64,000 bases of DNA from Camelus dromedarius (taxonomy: Eukaryota): assembly GCF_036321535.1 (NCBI RefSeq), contig NC_087436.1:13826001-13890000 (forward strand). Reading direction: 5' to 3'. Below are positions 1 to 13,129 of the stretch, piece after piece. Position 1 is the first letter of the stretch. Every line of letters starts with the position of its first letter. Made by a program: the position numbers and the translations under genes. The notes beneath the pieces were generated by a model. That model saw only the letters and a list, made by a program, of their open reading frames with translations, made no database searches and was not told the DNA's origin.

Positions 1-23
1 TCGGTAGAACATGAGACTCTTAA
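1..23 (+). pseudogene. tRNA-Lys(CTT)-derived fragment (D-arm to anticodon loop), cut by the window edge
   Basis: TCGGTAGAACATGAGACTCTTAA matches recalled mammalian tRNA-Lys-CTT (TCGGTAGAGCATGAGACTCTTAA) at 22/23 nt. The match stops right after the anticodon loop, so this is not a functional tRNA. Confidence 0.65.
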
Positions 24-2494
24 AATTTATTTATGGAATAATGTAATTATCCTACACATCTAATGTCTATTAAATATGCTGTAATTTTCTATAATTAATG
101 TATTCTATAAAAGATTTTTTAATGAAATAAAAAAATAATAGCACAAAACTAGGAAGGAAGGACTCTTATCCTTTCATTTCCCATTAAGATCAGAAACATA
201 CAATGTGAAAATGTAAAGAATTAATATATTTGTAATAGATTCATAATTGCAAATTCTATATAACCCAAATACAGATCCATTCTTATGTGGCTGCATAAAT
301 AAATACTAAAAGATAATTTAGGTTTGATGTTGATGAAGAAAGATAGTCTCTTCACTGAAAATCAGAAAACTTCTCATTCACTTAGACCTCATACCCCGCA
401 TAATACTCATTCACATTGGCATGTTTTCCTTGGGTTGAGAAATAAATTACCAATTTTTAAATTCAAGGGTTAAGATGGAGAGAATTCAGGCAACCAGTAT
501 AAAATTATAGTTGCAACTTCCATCTCAACTATGTTATTCTACTCTCCAGAAAACCCATCATCTTTAATATACCCTGAAACCACTTTCTTCAAGTTTGATT
601 ACCTTTCTAACAGGTGATGCACTTGCCAAGATTGCTGCTTGATTCAGAGGTACAAGAAATGGCAACACTGGAAATTATGTGCCTGAAACAAGTTTTCCCA
701 CTTCATGAGTCAGTCTGGCCTAATTCTCTGTCTTGATTTTCAGCAACTCAAGATGCTCCACTGGCTTACGATCACCATCAGCATAGGTCAGAATAGTTTT
801 CTAAGCCTAAATAAGAGTTTTAGTCGTTCCTGAGTGGACAGATGTAATCAAAATCATGAAAAGGACTGTAAAAATGGGAGGTCACAGTTGAGGTGATATC
901 AGTCAGGGTCATCTGCCCAAGGAAAGAGCTGTGACAACCCAATGAGGACCACAGGGTGAAAAAGCAGAAGCCTTGACTAGGTATGGCTAAGACCTATGGG
1001 TCCCTGGATAGAAAAAAGAATGAGATGGGGAAGCAAGAGTTGGTACTTCAAGGAGAAAGTCCAAGAATTGCACAAAACTAAAATCAGGAAGGAACGTAGA
1101 ACCAAGTAAAAATAATAAATGAAAGATCATATTTGGTTAATGTGAAAACGTAATTTTCATGAGGAACTGCTACAGGGCACAGCCATGCTGATCCTGAAAA
1201 TAAATCATCTGAAGGTATTAAATCTGGGTAAGAAAATTGTTCTTAAAACAGTCTTTCATGAGAATCTGCTCTAGATAAGACACATAACATCCGATGTCCT
1301 CTTTAACACACAGTACGTGTTTCCTTTTGAAGGTAAATCATGAGCAGGCCTAGCTTCCTAGTAGTGAATTCATACCTTGTGTCCTGTTGCTTTGATGTGC
1401 TTGTATTCACTAAGGGTCATTTGATACTAGTTAAAACTTTAAAATAGATTAAAGTGGTTAATTCTGTAGCAGACTTGGTTAGCACTTTCTTCTGCAAGAA
1501 AATAATAAATGAAAAGAATCTGGAGGCAGCACAAAAGAGTTAACATGTCTCCCAAATACTTAATTCACAGAAACTGGCTCAGGGGGTTCTGTCTCCATTT
1601 TGCTTTGAAAATTGCCCTGGGCAATCAGCTGAACTAGGACTGATACATATTATCTCAGCTGTGCACCGCATGGACTTGAACGGTGACTCCTGCAGTCGTG
1701 CAGAGCAGGACCTGTCTCTAAAACTAAGTTTAACTGTAGATAACACTAACTGAACTGCTTAAAATCTTTTTAATTGTGAAGAATACCATGTGATTCTCAA
1801 CTTAATTTAAAAATACCAAATATTTTCAATTTCTCTCAAAGCCTTCAATCACATACTGTCATTTTTTTCTAAAAGTTTCACTGGGTAAAATTTCCTAAAT
1901 GAAAAGAGAAGCTAAGATAGAAAAATATAAAAAGGTTATGCATATTTCCCTAAGCAATTAAATGTAGTATTTTTATAACACACTGTATCATTTCTTCAAA
2001 TATTCAAAATTCCATATTTACATGAATATATAAAAATTATTAAAAATGAAGCTCTGGGGACTCTGGTTTAAAAGTAAGGAAGAATATCATTGGAGTGTTC
2101 ACAAGGCAAGTCAATGCACAGACTAATTTTCTGCAACTTGTAAACTCATCCTTTTTGATATCACTTTTCTTGGAAGATAATGGTGAGTTTCTTTCTAGAA
2201 TCAAGACAACAGCTTAGTTCCCTCTCTGACTCCTCAGTTTCCTAAGCTTATATTTTATGACTTTATCCTTCTACCTCACTGACCTTCCTTGTTCTTGAAA
2301 TGCTCATAATTTCAAAGTTGTTACTGTTCAATGCTTTAACATTAAGATCCCTTAATGGAAATATTAATGAAATATTAACACTATTAAGGGCTTTATTTTC
2401 TCACATACATGGAGAATGGTTACCAGGGAACTAGAAGTATAAAGTATCTTTCATTAGCAAAGTTAAAAACCCTCAAAGTGTAATACAAACTTAC

Positions 2495-2609
2495 GTATTT
2501 CTTCCACAACTTGCGGGTCACATTCTCTGTATTTTTCTACTTCTGCTTTTAGCTGTTCCCTTTGGTCTCGAAGTGAAGAAAGTTCTTTTGTTAGCATGGT
2601 TCGCTCTTC
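2495..2609 (-). CDS. MND1: MND1 coding exon 6 (115 nt)
   Basis: tgcag|GAAGAG...ATAC|gtaag. Translates EERTMLTKELSSLRDQREQLKAEVEKYRECDPQVVEEI(R), matching the recalled MND1 coiled coil. Phase 0 in, phase 1 out. Confidence 0.96.
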
Positions 2610-3375
2610 CTGCATTCAAATAATATTATGTATAATTAAGATAAACAAAATGCCATATGTTATAAAGTTACATGTTTTATAAACATTTTCATTTTATTTC
2701 TCATAACTGATATGCATTAGGCTTTTGACAAAATTATATACATACATATATTCACAGTGCAAGAACAAACTCAATTCTCATTTTTCTCTGCAATCTCAAG
2801 CACCTTATATATATGTTGACTAACTGGAAATTATTATGTAGAATGGAATGCTCGTAAATAGATAAGAGGTTACTGATTATGCATGAACTCAAAGATGATT
2901 GTCATCAAGTTAGGAAAAAAAAATACTGCTCCTTAGGTAGTTTCACAAGACTGCATCCATTATTATATAAGTAATATTTTATGGCAACATCAATCATTGT
3001 AAAATTTTCCTTAAAAGTCATCTAGATAATTTTCCAACCTTCAAAGATGATTAACCCTCAAAAATATTTTAAAATACCAGAAATAAGAGTTGTAGCTTTG
3101 TGACCTCCTTATCACGTTCCTTTAAAGGTAAACCAGAATAAAGGTTTTAAACACAAAATGATCCAATAAACACCATTTGAAATTTCTAGCCTTAGTTCTA
3201 ACAGGTAGAAGTCATAGTGCTATCAGTATTCAGTTCATATGTGTGAAACGTAAGCCCAAATAAAAATCAACTAACGGAAAAGTTATGGTACAGAATTATA
3301 GGGTAAGTCTGGGGCAAAACCAAACAGAGTTCAAGCTGCCTGATCGGACTTGTTTAAGGTTCCTTGCTAGCTTAC

Positions 3376-3457
3376 ATTTCTGTACTTGTATTTTCCTACT
3401 TTTGCCTTTCTCTGTTCTCTTTAGTTCCAAAGCGAAGAAAGCTCCTTTTGTTGGCAT
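3376..3457 (-). pseudogene. Degenerate intronic partial duplicate of MND1 exon 6 (pseudo-exon)
   Basis: 3388-3457 aligns by hand to exon 6 positions 2529-2597 with 13 mismatches in 69 nt plus a 1-nt insertion. CAA>TAA stop at 3421-3423; followed by AAT|GTAAGC donor. Confidence 0.85.
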
Positions 3458-3493
3458 TTATACAAGAGAATGCATGCACACAGCTCTGAGGTA

Positions 3494-3691
3494 GCCGAGT
3501 CCAACAGAATTCTGCAGTGACAGAAATGTTCTGGATCTGTGTTCTCAAAGGCAGGAAACATCAACTACATGGGGCTACTGAGTACATGTACTGTGACTTT
3601 TGTTACCGAGAAACTGAATTTAATTGTATTTAATTTTAATTTAAATGAAATAGATAAATATGATTACAGTATACCACATTAGCAAAGCACA
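3494..3691 (+). mobile_element. MER3-like hAT-Charlie MITE
   Basis: gtccaacagaattctgcagtgacagaaatgttctggatctgtg...gagaaactgaatttt...AT-rich core, resembling the recalled MER3 consensus. Confidence 0.65.
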
Positions 3692-3854
3692 GAAGAAATT
3701 AAAAAATAACTACAATATAAGATGGTCATTATTTGCTATCAACACTGAAATTATACACATTCTACAATGACAAATGAGTGGAGAGAAGCTAATGGAGACA
3801 GGAGCAGCAGAGGGGTGGCCATCCGTGTGAATGCAATGACAGCTCTCCAGATAC

Positions 3855-4050
3855 CCTGAGTTGGGAGCCATCTCAGACTGTTACCAGCAACAAGATCTTT
3901 GCCAAATTACTTAACCTCTTTGTGCTTTCAGTTCCTCAAATGTAGAAATGAAGACAGTAATAGGAGCTACCTCCTTGGACTGTTGGCAGGATTCAATAAA
4001 TATAGAAAATGTGTTTGGAACAGTCCTGCCTTGCTCGTAGTAAGCAGAAT
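3855..4050 (+). mobile_element. MIR SINE remnant
   Basis: MIR core: ttacttaacctctttgtgctttcagttcctcaaatgtagaaatgaag...acctccttggactgttggcaggatt. Confidence 0.7.
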
Positions 4051-4919
4051 ATGTAAGCTAGCTGTTTCTTCTCCTTCATTACCATCGTCAGCAGTATCAC
4101 CACCATGAATAATATCTAGCAGATGGAAAAATCTTTTAGATATTTCTGAAAACTCCTGACTAGTGAACTCAGGATGAACACAAGAGTTTGTCTCTCTCAG
4201 GAGCTTTTCTGAACTACTCTACCCTTCTGATGGCTACAGGCACCAACTAAGTGTGCCAGTGTCTTTTTGTCCTCATTCCAGTGGTTACAGTGGATGGGGT
4301 AACCTTCAGTAGACTGGCTAACTAACTACTTTTGGGCATGAATATGTCACCATTAGTTGAAGGTGCTTCTACAAGTTATTGCCAAATAAAGAAGTGGTAA
4401 TTGCTGTCCACAGAAGAAGAAACATCATAGTTTAAGGTTATGCCCAGAACTTACCTTCCCTTAAATCCTCTTCAGCAATCACCATTCTCTAGTTCCTATC
4501 TGTGAGCGTGCTGACCATTCACGCAGACTGCATGTAAAACAACTTTGAAAAGCATAAAGCCATGTAAACCTGTGATGTATTCTTTTCTACAATGTGACAA
4601 GTTTTTGAGTCTCTTTCACTATCAAGTGGTACAAGCAGAGGCTGAGTTGAAATGCTTAGTGGTTCATGTTGATCTTCAACATTTTTTTCAAGTCATAAAT
4701 CCATACTTTAGATAATGATGAAACTAGAAAGTAAAGTGATTTTTCAAAAACCCCTAATGTAATACTTCAGAGAACATTTGCACTTTTTAAAATAAAATAG
4801 GTCAATATTCATTTAAATAATTTAGAAACATTACGAGGACACAAGGATACTATAATGATAGTTTTCAATTTGTTCTGAGCCAAGACTTTAAAATAAAAGA
4901 CTCTTAAAATTTTACATAA

Positions 4920-5120
4920 ACATTTATATAGGGCTGACTTTGTGCCAGGCTCTCTTCTAAGTCCTTTCCAAATATTAGCTAGTTCAATCCACACAGTAAC
5001 TCAGTGATGTAGATTTTATTATTCCCCACTTTACAATGGAGAAAACTGAGAAGAGAGAGTTTAGGAGACGTTCAAACCTAGGCAGCCTGGCTCCAGGGTT
5101 AATGCTTCTTTGCTATACTG
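4920..5120 (-). mobile_element. MIR SINE remnant
   Basis: tttgtgccaggc...attattccccactttacaatggagaaaactgag is the reverse MIR core. Confidence 0.7.
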
Positions 5121-5315
5121 CCCAGACAACACAACACAGCAACAATGACAAATCTAGATTCACCACTAGCGAACTACCAGGTGAGATGTTGACATACTTT
5201 GCTGAGCTTCACTTCTCCTCTGGGAGAAGCAGCATCCTCCCCACAGGAAGCTCTATGCTTTTACTCTTCTATTTAGAATCGACATGATTAAAGAACCTAC
5301 AGGATACAAACTTAC

Positions 5316-5390
5316 CGTTTCATGTCGGCCAATTTTAGCTTTCTCGATGCTTTTCTGTAGGTTTGCATGCTTTTGGTTTCCCTCAGATAA
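5316..5390 (-). CDS. MND1: MND1 coding exon 5 (75 nt)
   Basis: ctctag|TTATCT...GAAACG|gtaag. Translates LSEGNQKHANLQKSIEKAKIGRHET; phase 0/0. Confidence 0.96.
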
Positions 5391-5594
5391 CTAGAGAATT
5401 AAAACAAATAAAATGTCTTGCTAAGATAAATTTGCTTAACATAAAGTTTACGAGTCAAGAAGACAGAATGAGATTCGTCTTCAGCCCAAGTCCGTGTAAC
5501 AAAAAAGTCAAAGACTACATTGGGAACTAATTTCTCTAAATTGGAGAAAACCAACTACCATAAATCATTAGGGCAGACTGAAAAAAAAAAAGTT

Positions 5595-6390
5595 TAATAT
5601 CACTTCACATGAGTCAGAATGGCCATCATTCAAAAGTCCATGAACGATAAATGCTGGAGAGGGTGTGGAGAAAAGGGAACCCTCCTACACTGCTGATGGG
5701 AATGTAGCTTGGTGCAGCCATTATGGAAAATAATATGGAGATTCCTCAAAAGACAAAAACCAGATTTACCATATGATCCAGCAATCCCACTCCTGGACAT
5801 ACATCTGGAGAGAACTCTACTTCAAAAAGATACACGCACCCCAATATTCACAGCAGCACTATATACAATAGCCAAGACATGGAAGTGGCCCAAATGTCCA
5901 TCGACAGATGACTGGATAAAGAAGTTGTGGTATATTTATAGAATGGAATACTACTCAGCCATAAAAAATAAAATAATGCCATTTGCAGCAACATGGATGG
6001 AACTAGAGATCATCATTCTAAGTGGAGCCAGAAAGAGAAAGAAAAATACCATATGATATCAATCATATGTGGAATCTAAAAAAAAAAGAAAGAAAAAAAA
6101 GGACACTATGAACTCACTGACTTGCAGACATGGTAAACAATCTTATGGTTACAAGGGAAAGGGGGTGGGAAGGGATAAATTTGGGAGTTTGAGGTTTGCA
6201 AATATTAGCTACTATATATAAAAATAGATTTTAAAAAAGTTTCTTTTGTACAGCACAGGGAACTATATTCAGTATCTTGTAATAATCTTTAATGAGAAAG
6301 AATATATATTATATGCATGACTGGGACATTGTGCTGTACACCAGAAATTGATACATTGCAACTGACTCTACTTCAATTAAAAAAAAAAGT
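5595..6390 (+). mobile_element. 5'-truncated L1 (ORF2 C-terminus, lineage-specific 3'UTR, A tail)
   Basis: ORF 5709-6056 is the L1 ORF2 C-terminus ([33 protein letters not shown]). The 3'UTR is shared with copies at 34.4 kb and 62 kb; A tail near 6379-6388. Confidence 0.92.
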
Positions 6391-8271
6391 ATTTCCTCCT
6401 ATCCTATACAAAAAAAAGAGCAATATGCTTTCAACCTTTTCTACAATCTTCATATATCAGGTTTTCCCACCTTCATCACAAATAATGTGAAGTGTATTAT
6501 TTAAATTTTTAATTTGAAAATTCAAAAATACCTGTTTTATATAAATTCTCTCTTTAAATTTCTTTTCACCTCTGACTTAAGTCCCTTTGAAACACCCTAG
6601 ACTGTTTCTTATAGACTGGTGGTATTGGGACCTGTTTCACTAACACAGTCAAAAATGAATGCACCACTGATTATTCTTAAATAAGGTACTTTATAAGGAA
6701 TTGCATATTAAATTCTCAGAAAGAAAAAAATCTACTAGCCGGCTGTTGATTTTATTCATGTTTTACATACCTTAAAAGTGATCATTTTAAGTATTTTACT
6801 AAGCTTAGAAAGTAGTAAGTTGTATTGGAAATGGATTAAATAATACCAGCAAAAGGAGACCTCAGATAATAGAATATTCATTAGTACGTGGTTGAGCCCA
6901 CACCAAAAAGGACTGTTAATTTCATAACTTTGCTTCCTGTCTCAATTGTATTAATCCTACTTGGGCCCCAGACTAAATAATCACAGGAAATTCCCAATAC
7001 TAAATTCTCCACCACGTCTTTCACTACGAACTTGTTAGAAATTTCAGACTCACTTGAATGGGTAAGGGGTTTCTTAAAATATATTCCACTCCTCCCTCAT
7101 TCTTGAGTTATAAACATTTAGAAAATAATTAATGATTGGATGAGTAATTTCTTTTGTCTGATTCTAAGAAACTAACCTTTCAGAATATGGCCTTATTATA
7201 TGTAGAGGGTGAATAATATTTAGATACCCGTTTTCGCTTAAAAACCACAAACAGTACCTTCAGAAAGTTGGTAGATTTACCCTGACTTTAAAAAACCTTC
7301 CACTTCTCAATATGCGTAAAGGTAGGTTTTCCTTTAATGATTCTCTAGTTCCTGATTCTAACCTATAGCACGAACAAGACCCATCTGTGATGCCAAGAAG
7401 ACACCACACCAAACCAGTTATACCTCTTCTTGAGAGTAATTATCTTCCTAAGTTGAAAAAACAAAAATCTGCTGTAGATTTAAGAGCCAAAGTAAGCTAT
7501 AAAGCCCTAAATTTAGCAAGGGGATAAAGTTCTTTAAAACAAAGGCTCTCATTTATAAAATAACACCTTGTTTAAAAGGTTAATATTCCACCCTGACAAA
7601 CCCACCTGAAATAATTAATAAATGTATGTAACATCTAAATTCAGGAGTAGAAAATTTTCCAAAGAAAAAATACACATACTTATTAGCGTAACATTTTCCT
7701 ATTAAAAATGTTTTAAAAATAACCAGACAGGCAGATGTTACCCTAAGAATGAAGAATTACATAAAAATAATCCAATAATTAATTAACATATATCTTAATT
7801 ATATTAATGAAGTATCTCCCAGGTATTGTATGTCTGCTTGTAGTTATTTACAACTTAAAAGCATTTGAAAGAGAGCTAATTTAGGAATTCCTTAACTCTG
7901 AAAATAATCTTATGTAATTTAAATGTGATTTCATGATTTGTCATTTTAAGTATCTTGGTAATGGAGGGAGGCACAATCTAAATGATGTTATTAAATGAGA
8001 AGCTTCTGCCTATCATCCTAGGTACTGAAACAATTTGGTTCAACTCAACAGTGAAGGATTCTTGGCTCTGTTTAGTGCTTAAAATCTTAACTCCTGGGAA
8101 CAATGACAGCAGCTCTTGTGAGGCAGCCCCTGCTATCAGTTTTTCATCTACACATCTCTTAGAAGCAACATTGCTATAGTTCCTAACACACACCTTGGAA
8201 TTAAACCAAATCCAGAACTCAGATGACTAAGAGCTGAGATTTTAAGCCACTCTGTAGATATTATCTAAACC

Positions 8272-8464
8272 AGTAGTTCTAAACTTCAGCACATGGCAGA
8301 ATCACCCGAAGGGCTTGTTAAATATAGGTTGCTGGGCTCCACCTCCCAGTTTTTGAATAGTAGAGGTCTGGGGTAGAGCCTAATAATTTGCATTTTTAAC
8401 ACACTCCCAGGTGATGTGATGCTGATGCTCCTGGTTGGGGGCATCACACTTTTGAGAACTAGTG
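8272..8464 (+). mobile_element. MER5A-like hAT-Charlie MITE
   Basis: cagtagttctaaactt...agaatcacc...atttgcatttttaacacactcccaggtgatg...ttttgagaactagtg with inverted termini. Confidence 0.8.
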
Positions 8465-9361
8465 ACCTAAACAAAAACCTGTTTTCTTGCAGTAGAGAAC
8501 CCAAGTAAAACACACAAGGTATTAATATATGGGAGACTATTACTAGTTCATCCGCAAAAATGAAGTACTGCTAAATATCGTAGCCTGAACTAGAAACAAA
8601 ACATCTCAATATTTCCGTCACTGAAAGAAATACAAAGTCCACACTTACAAAAGTAGAAAACGCAGTGATACTCTATAATCAAAGAGGATTCACCATAGGA
8701 TTCCTTTAAAGAGAAAACTCTCTTGACACATATGTATAACATAAAACAAGAACCACCTATATGCTGGAAATCCATTTCCAACTTTCCCTAAAGCAAATAA
8801 TAATTTTTAAAATTCTGTAACTCAGAAAAAACAGCACCAGCAAGAACAAAAATAACTTACAATTAGAAAGAACAGGACTTCATCTTTAGACTTGAGTTTC
8901 TGACACAATGCTTCTCTTTAATGCATTCCAGACCACCTATACAGACACTCAGCGTTCAGAAACATAATGCCAATGTTTTCTAAAGGGCTAATTCACTGCC
9001 TGGAGGAACTGTCTATTCATAAGAGGGACAGAAAGATTGATTCAAGCTGGTTGCACTGGAAATCTGATTGGCTCCCTTTTAGAAATAAAAAAATTTCAAA
9101 GCAGTAAGGAGGAAATACAGAAGTTTTCATAGATGCGAAAGAATGTCAAGAAACAAAGAATGGGGAAAAGAGGTAAAAGCAAGAGAAACCAGATCAGTCT
9201 ACTGCTTGAACAAAATTCATGTACAATATGTTACAGGGTGAAAAAGGTTCTATGTCTTGTTTTCCCTTAAAAGAAAAAAAAAAGAGAGCTAGTATAACTT
9301 AAGATTTTTTACATTTAAAAAGTATAGTTTATATTAGTGTAGTACAATTTTAAAATTTATT

Positions 9362-9452
9362 ATTTTTTATTGAAGTACAGTCAATTACAATGTGTCTGGT
9401 GTACAGCACAATGTGCCAGCCATGCACATACATATATATATTCGTTTTCATA
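9362..9452 (-). mobile_element. Very short 5'-truncated L1 3' end with TSD
   Basis: ttttattgaagtacagtcaattacaatg is the reverse of the L1 tail seen elsewhere in the window. Flanked by direct repeat TAAAATTTATT at 9351 and 9453. Confidence 0.7.
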
Positions 9453-9849
9453 TAAAATTTATTTTTTAGGGTGATATTTCATTTAGGAATAGATCACAGG
9501 GAAACAAAGAACACTATAAAGATGTATTTACATAAAGATGGGAGCTGTACAATTGTCTTAACAATAGAGAAATGGTAAATCATTATTTCATGGTATAGAT
9601 AGGTCACAATTATGTAACCAAAGGAAACATTTTAGAAAACTTTCAATGACACAAATACAGAACTGGGGTTTTAAAAAGCTGGAAACAAAACTGTGAATAC
9701 ATTTGAGAGCTGATCTATGACCAAAACCCTCAAAAAACTGCAAGAAAATGCACAAAATTTAAAAAATAGTTATCTCTGTATTGTGAAACATACTTGTAAA
9801 TTTTCCATATTAAAAGCATACATAACTATTATTTTTTAAATGCTTTTCC

Positions 9850-10478
9850 CGGGGAAGGGGGTAAGAAAAGGAAAGAAATAGGTGACGATTAAGAGGTACA
9901 AATTTTCATTTGCAAAATAAATGAGTCATGGGTATGACATGTACAGTGTGGGGAATAGAGTCAATAGCTATGTAGTATCTCTGTATGGTGATATATCGTA
10001 ACTAGACGACTTACCATGGTGATCAGTCTGAAATGTACAGAAGCATAGAATCACTATGTTGTGTAACAGGAACTAGCAACGTATAGTAACTCAGAAAAAG
10101 ATCAAATTTGTGGTTATCAGAGATGACCACAGCAGGGGGGTAGGGTGGGGGTATTGGATGAAGGCAGTCAAAAAGTACAAATTTCCAGTTATAAGATAAA
10201 TAAGTACTAGGGATGTAATATACAACATGATAAATATAATTAACGCTGCTGTATATTATCTATGAAAGTTGTTAGGACAGTAAATCCTAAGAGTTCTCAT
10301 CACAAGAAAAAATTTTTTTTTCTATTTCTTTTATTTTGTATCTATATGAGATAATGGATGTTCACTAAACTTACTGTAGTAATCACTTCATGATGTATGT
10401 AAATCAGATTATTATGCTGCACACCTTAAATTTATACAGTGCTGTCAGTTATATCTCAATAAAACTGGAAGAAAAAAT
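9850..10478 (+). mobile_element. Tandem L1 3'UTR fragments (L1MA9-like)
   Basis: gaggtacaaattttc...; ccagttataagataaataagtactagggatgtaatatacaacatg...atatctcaataaaactggaag. The first part resembles 18350-18470. Confidence 0.75.
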
Positions 10479-10784
10479 TCTTTTCCCATTATAAGAAATA
10501 TATGAATATATTTTCAAGAGACCAAAATGAATACATTTTTATTTTAAAAGACTCAAACAATGCACAAGTATTTAAACTAAAGCCCCCTCGCTCTCCACTT
10601 CTACACCACCCCCACTACCCTCTCGGGGGGGGGGACCCCTGTAAAGTCTAGTGGGCATCTTTCTTGTTCCAATTCTTTTGCTTAATATTCAAGTACAGGT
10701 CAATGTGGAGAACATGTCAAAACACACAGGGGATTATCCTTTATGTTTCATGTCAATATATTTTCTATAGTCTACTTCACTTTT

Positions 10785-11465
10785 TAAAAATAGATTTTAT
10801 TTTTTTAGAGCAGTTTTAGGTTCACAGCAAAATTGAGTAGAAGTTATAGAGAGTTCCCATATAACCCCTGTCCCAACATACACACAGGCTCTCCCATAAA
10901 CAAAATCCCCTCCAGAGTGGTACATTTGTTACAACTGATGAACCTACACTGACACATCATTATCACCCAAAGTCTATAGTTTACATTAGGGCTCACCTTT
11001 GGTGGTGTACATTCAATGGGTTGAACAAATGTGTAATGACATGCCTTCATTATTATCCTATCACACTGAGTATCTTCACTGCCCTAAACATCTGTGCTCT
11101 GCCTATTCATCCCTGCTTCCTCTCCACAGCCTCTGGCACCCACTGTCTATGTAGTTTTGCCTTTCTAAAATGTCATATAGCTGGAATCATACATTATGTA
11201 ACCTTTTCAGACTGGCTCCTTTCATTTAGTAAAATGCATTTAAGGTTCCTCCATGTATTTTCATGGCTTGATACCTTATTTCTTTTAATCACTGAATAAT
11301 ATTCCACTGTCTAAATGTACCACAGTTTATTTATGCATATACCTACTGAAGGACATCTTGGTTGTTTCCAAAGTTTTGGCAATTATGAATAAAGCTGTTA
11401 TAAACATTTGTATGCATGTTTTCCACCCATTTGGGTAGATCTCAAGAAGTGCAACTGCTGAATCA
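10785..11465 (-). mobile_element. Old L1 (L1MB/L1MC-type) 3' fragment
   Basis: gagcagttttaggttcacagcaaaattgag...ggtacatttgttacaactgatgaacc...gaaggacatcttggttgtttcc; explains ORFs at 10844 and 11021. Confidence 0.8.
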
Positions 11466-13129
11466 TTTATCTTCCCACTGTCTTTCAAGATCACTGGGAA
11501 ATGACATGCTCACATTTCAGTCCTAACACATCTGAATACTTCTTGTGAGAATTAAGATTGTCCACTATTTGAATTTCTAATAAAAATGTTACTTAAATAC
11601 TATTTAAAATGTATTGATCCAGAAAATTACTCAGTTTAAGTAATTTATTTCATTAGAAACCACCCATCTAAAATATAACAAATTACTTGCTAAGGAGCAT
11701 CAGTTAAAGAGCTTAAGCTCAAATATCTATTTAACTTAAATGTAACTAATTTAAATTAAAGCTTTACACTTCTTTCCAGGCCAGGTTATAATATACTCCA
11801 CATTAAGTATATAAAGCCAAAGAAAAAGTCATAAAGAGACAACAGTGCTCAGAAATAGTGACTGAATAAAGTACCTGCTTATAAAGGCTTTTATCTTTTT
11901 CCCGTATTTCTGCCTCTTATAGTGGATAGATTCAAGAGAACTTGGATTTCAAAGGATTAAAAAAGCAAACGAAAGCCTTCTCTTCCACAGCTTCAACAGC
12001 TTTAGCAGAATAAAGAGAGCAACATAACACATCTGGATGAGAGTAGCCAACCAAACTAAGATCTGTGGCAAGTTCAAGTGTTAGAAATTATTGAAAAGGT
12101 AAAATGTACTGAACTTTAAAAGCTATAATAATTAATAAAAATTTAAATTGAAGTTTCTTTGCATTCAATCTCAATTTTTAAAGAAGTTATAGACCAGGAA
12201 ATTTATGGTTATAAATAAATATAAACACTACGGAACCCGAACAACACCCGATATTTGAATCTGATGAAATGCAGGGTTGAAAGTTTGAGCCATGCCCTTT
12301 GGTTAAGTGAGAACCATACTTTAAACCCAAAAAAGCACCCAACTTATAGGGCTGTTTTCGTGAAACTTCTAAATACATAAAACAGCCAGAGACATTATGA
12401 ATACTGAAATATTAAAATCTATAAAATATTGATACACTTCTTGAGGGCAAAACAAGCCAAATGAAATTAGGGCTGGCTATCCTGGGAAACTAAGGATATA
12501 TATGACCTGGACATTGCCACCACCTGGTGGCATGACATTAAAATTGTAGGTCCAGTTTTGATGGAATAAATCTTTTCCAGGTTGGTTGATCTGGGGAGAA
12601 GAGACTTGTGAATGAAGAATGGCTGTCACAAATCTGTAATCCACATGAAGCACAGAAGAATGTTCTGGGAGTGGGAGAGGAAATTCTAAAGCTCTAGAGT
12701 AAGGCTTTTCAAATTCATCCAGCAAGTAGCTCCAATAGCAAAGGAGAATAATTCCTGGGGGAAGGTTCAGAAGCCTAGCCCAAAGCTACCTACCGCAAAA
12801 GCAAAACAAACAAATATAAAAAATAAATCATTGAAATCTTTGGTTCTACTGTAAAAATTTCTGCAAGTTTCAAGTTGTAATATTACCTATTACAATTTTT
12901 TTGTTATTTAAAATTATTTACCAACAAAAATCCTGTTTATATACTTCCTCCATCTACCACCCACCCCCAATTTTTAACTAACTCAACCTGAACAAACATA
13001 TTTAATTCTTGATTATCCAAGCTGATGCAGAAAAGTAGTAAGAACATTCAATTTAAAAGACCTGGACTTTCAAGTGCATATAGATATAATTTTGTAGGCC
13101 CTGTTAATTGCCTCTCTAAAGCTTCAGGT

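Noticed and set aside
1..2494. Search for MND1 exons 7-8 (RQANKVAKEAANRWTDN...)
   Set aside because: No matching coding sequence seen; presumed to lie beyond the left edge rather than lost
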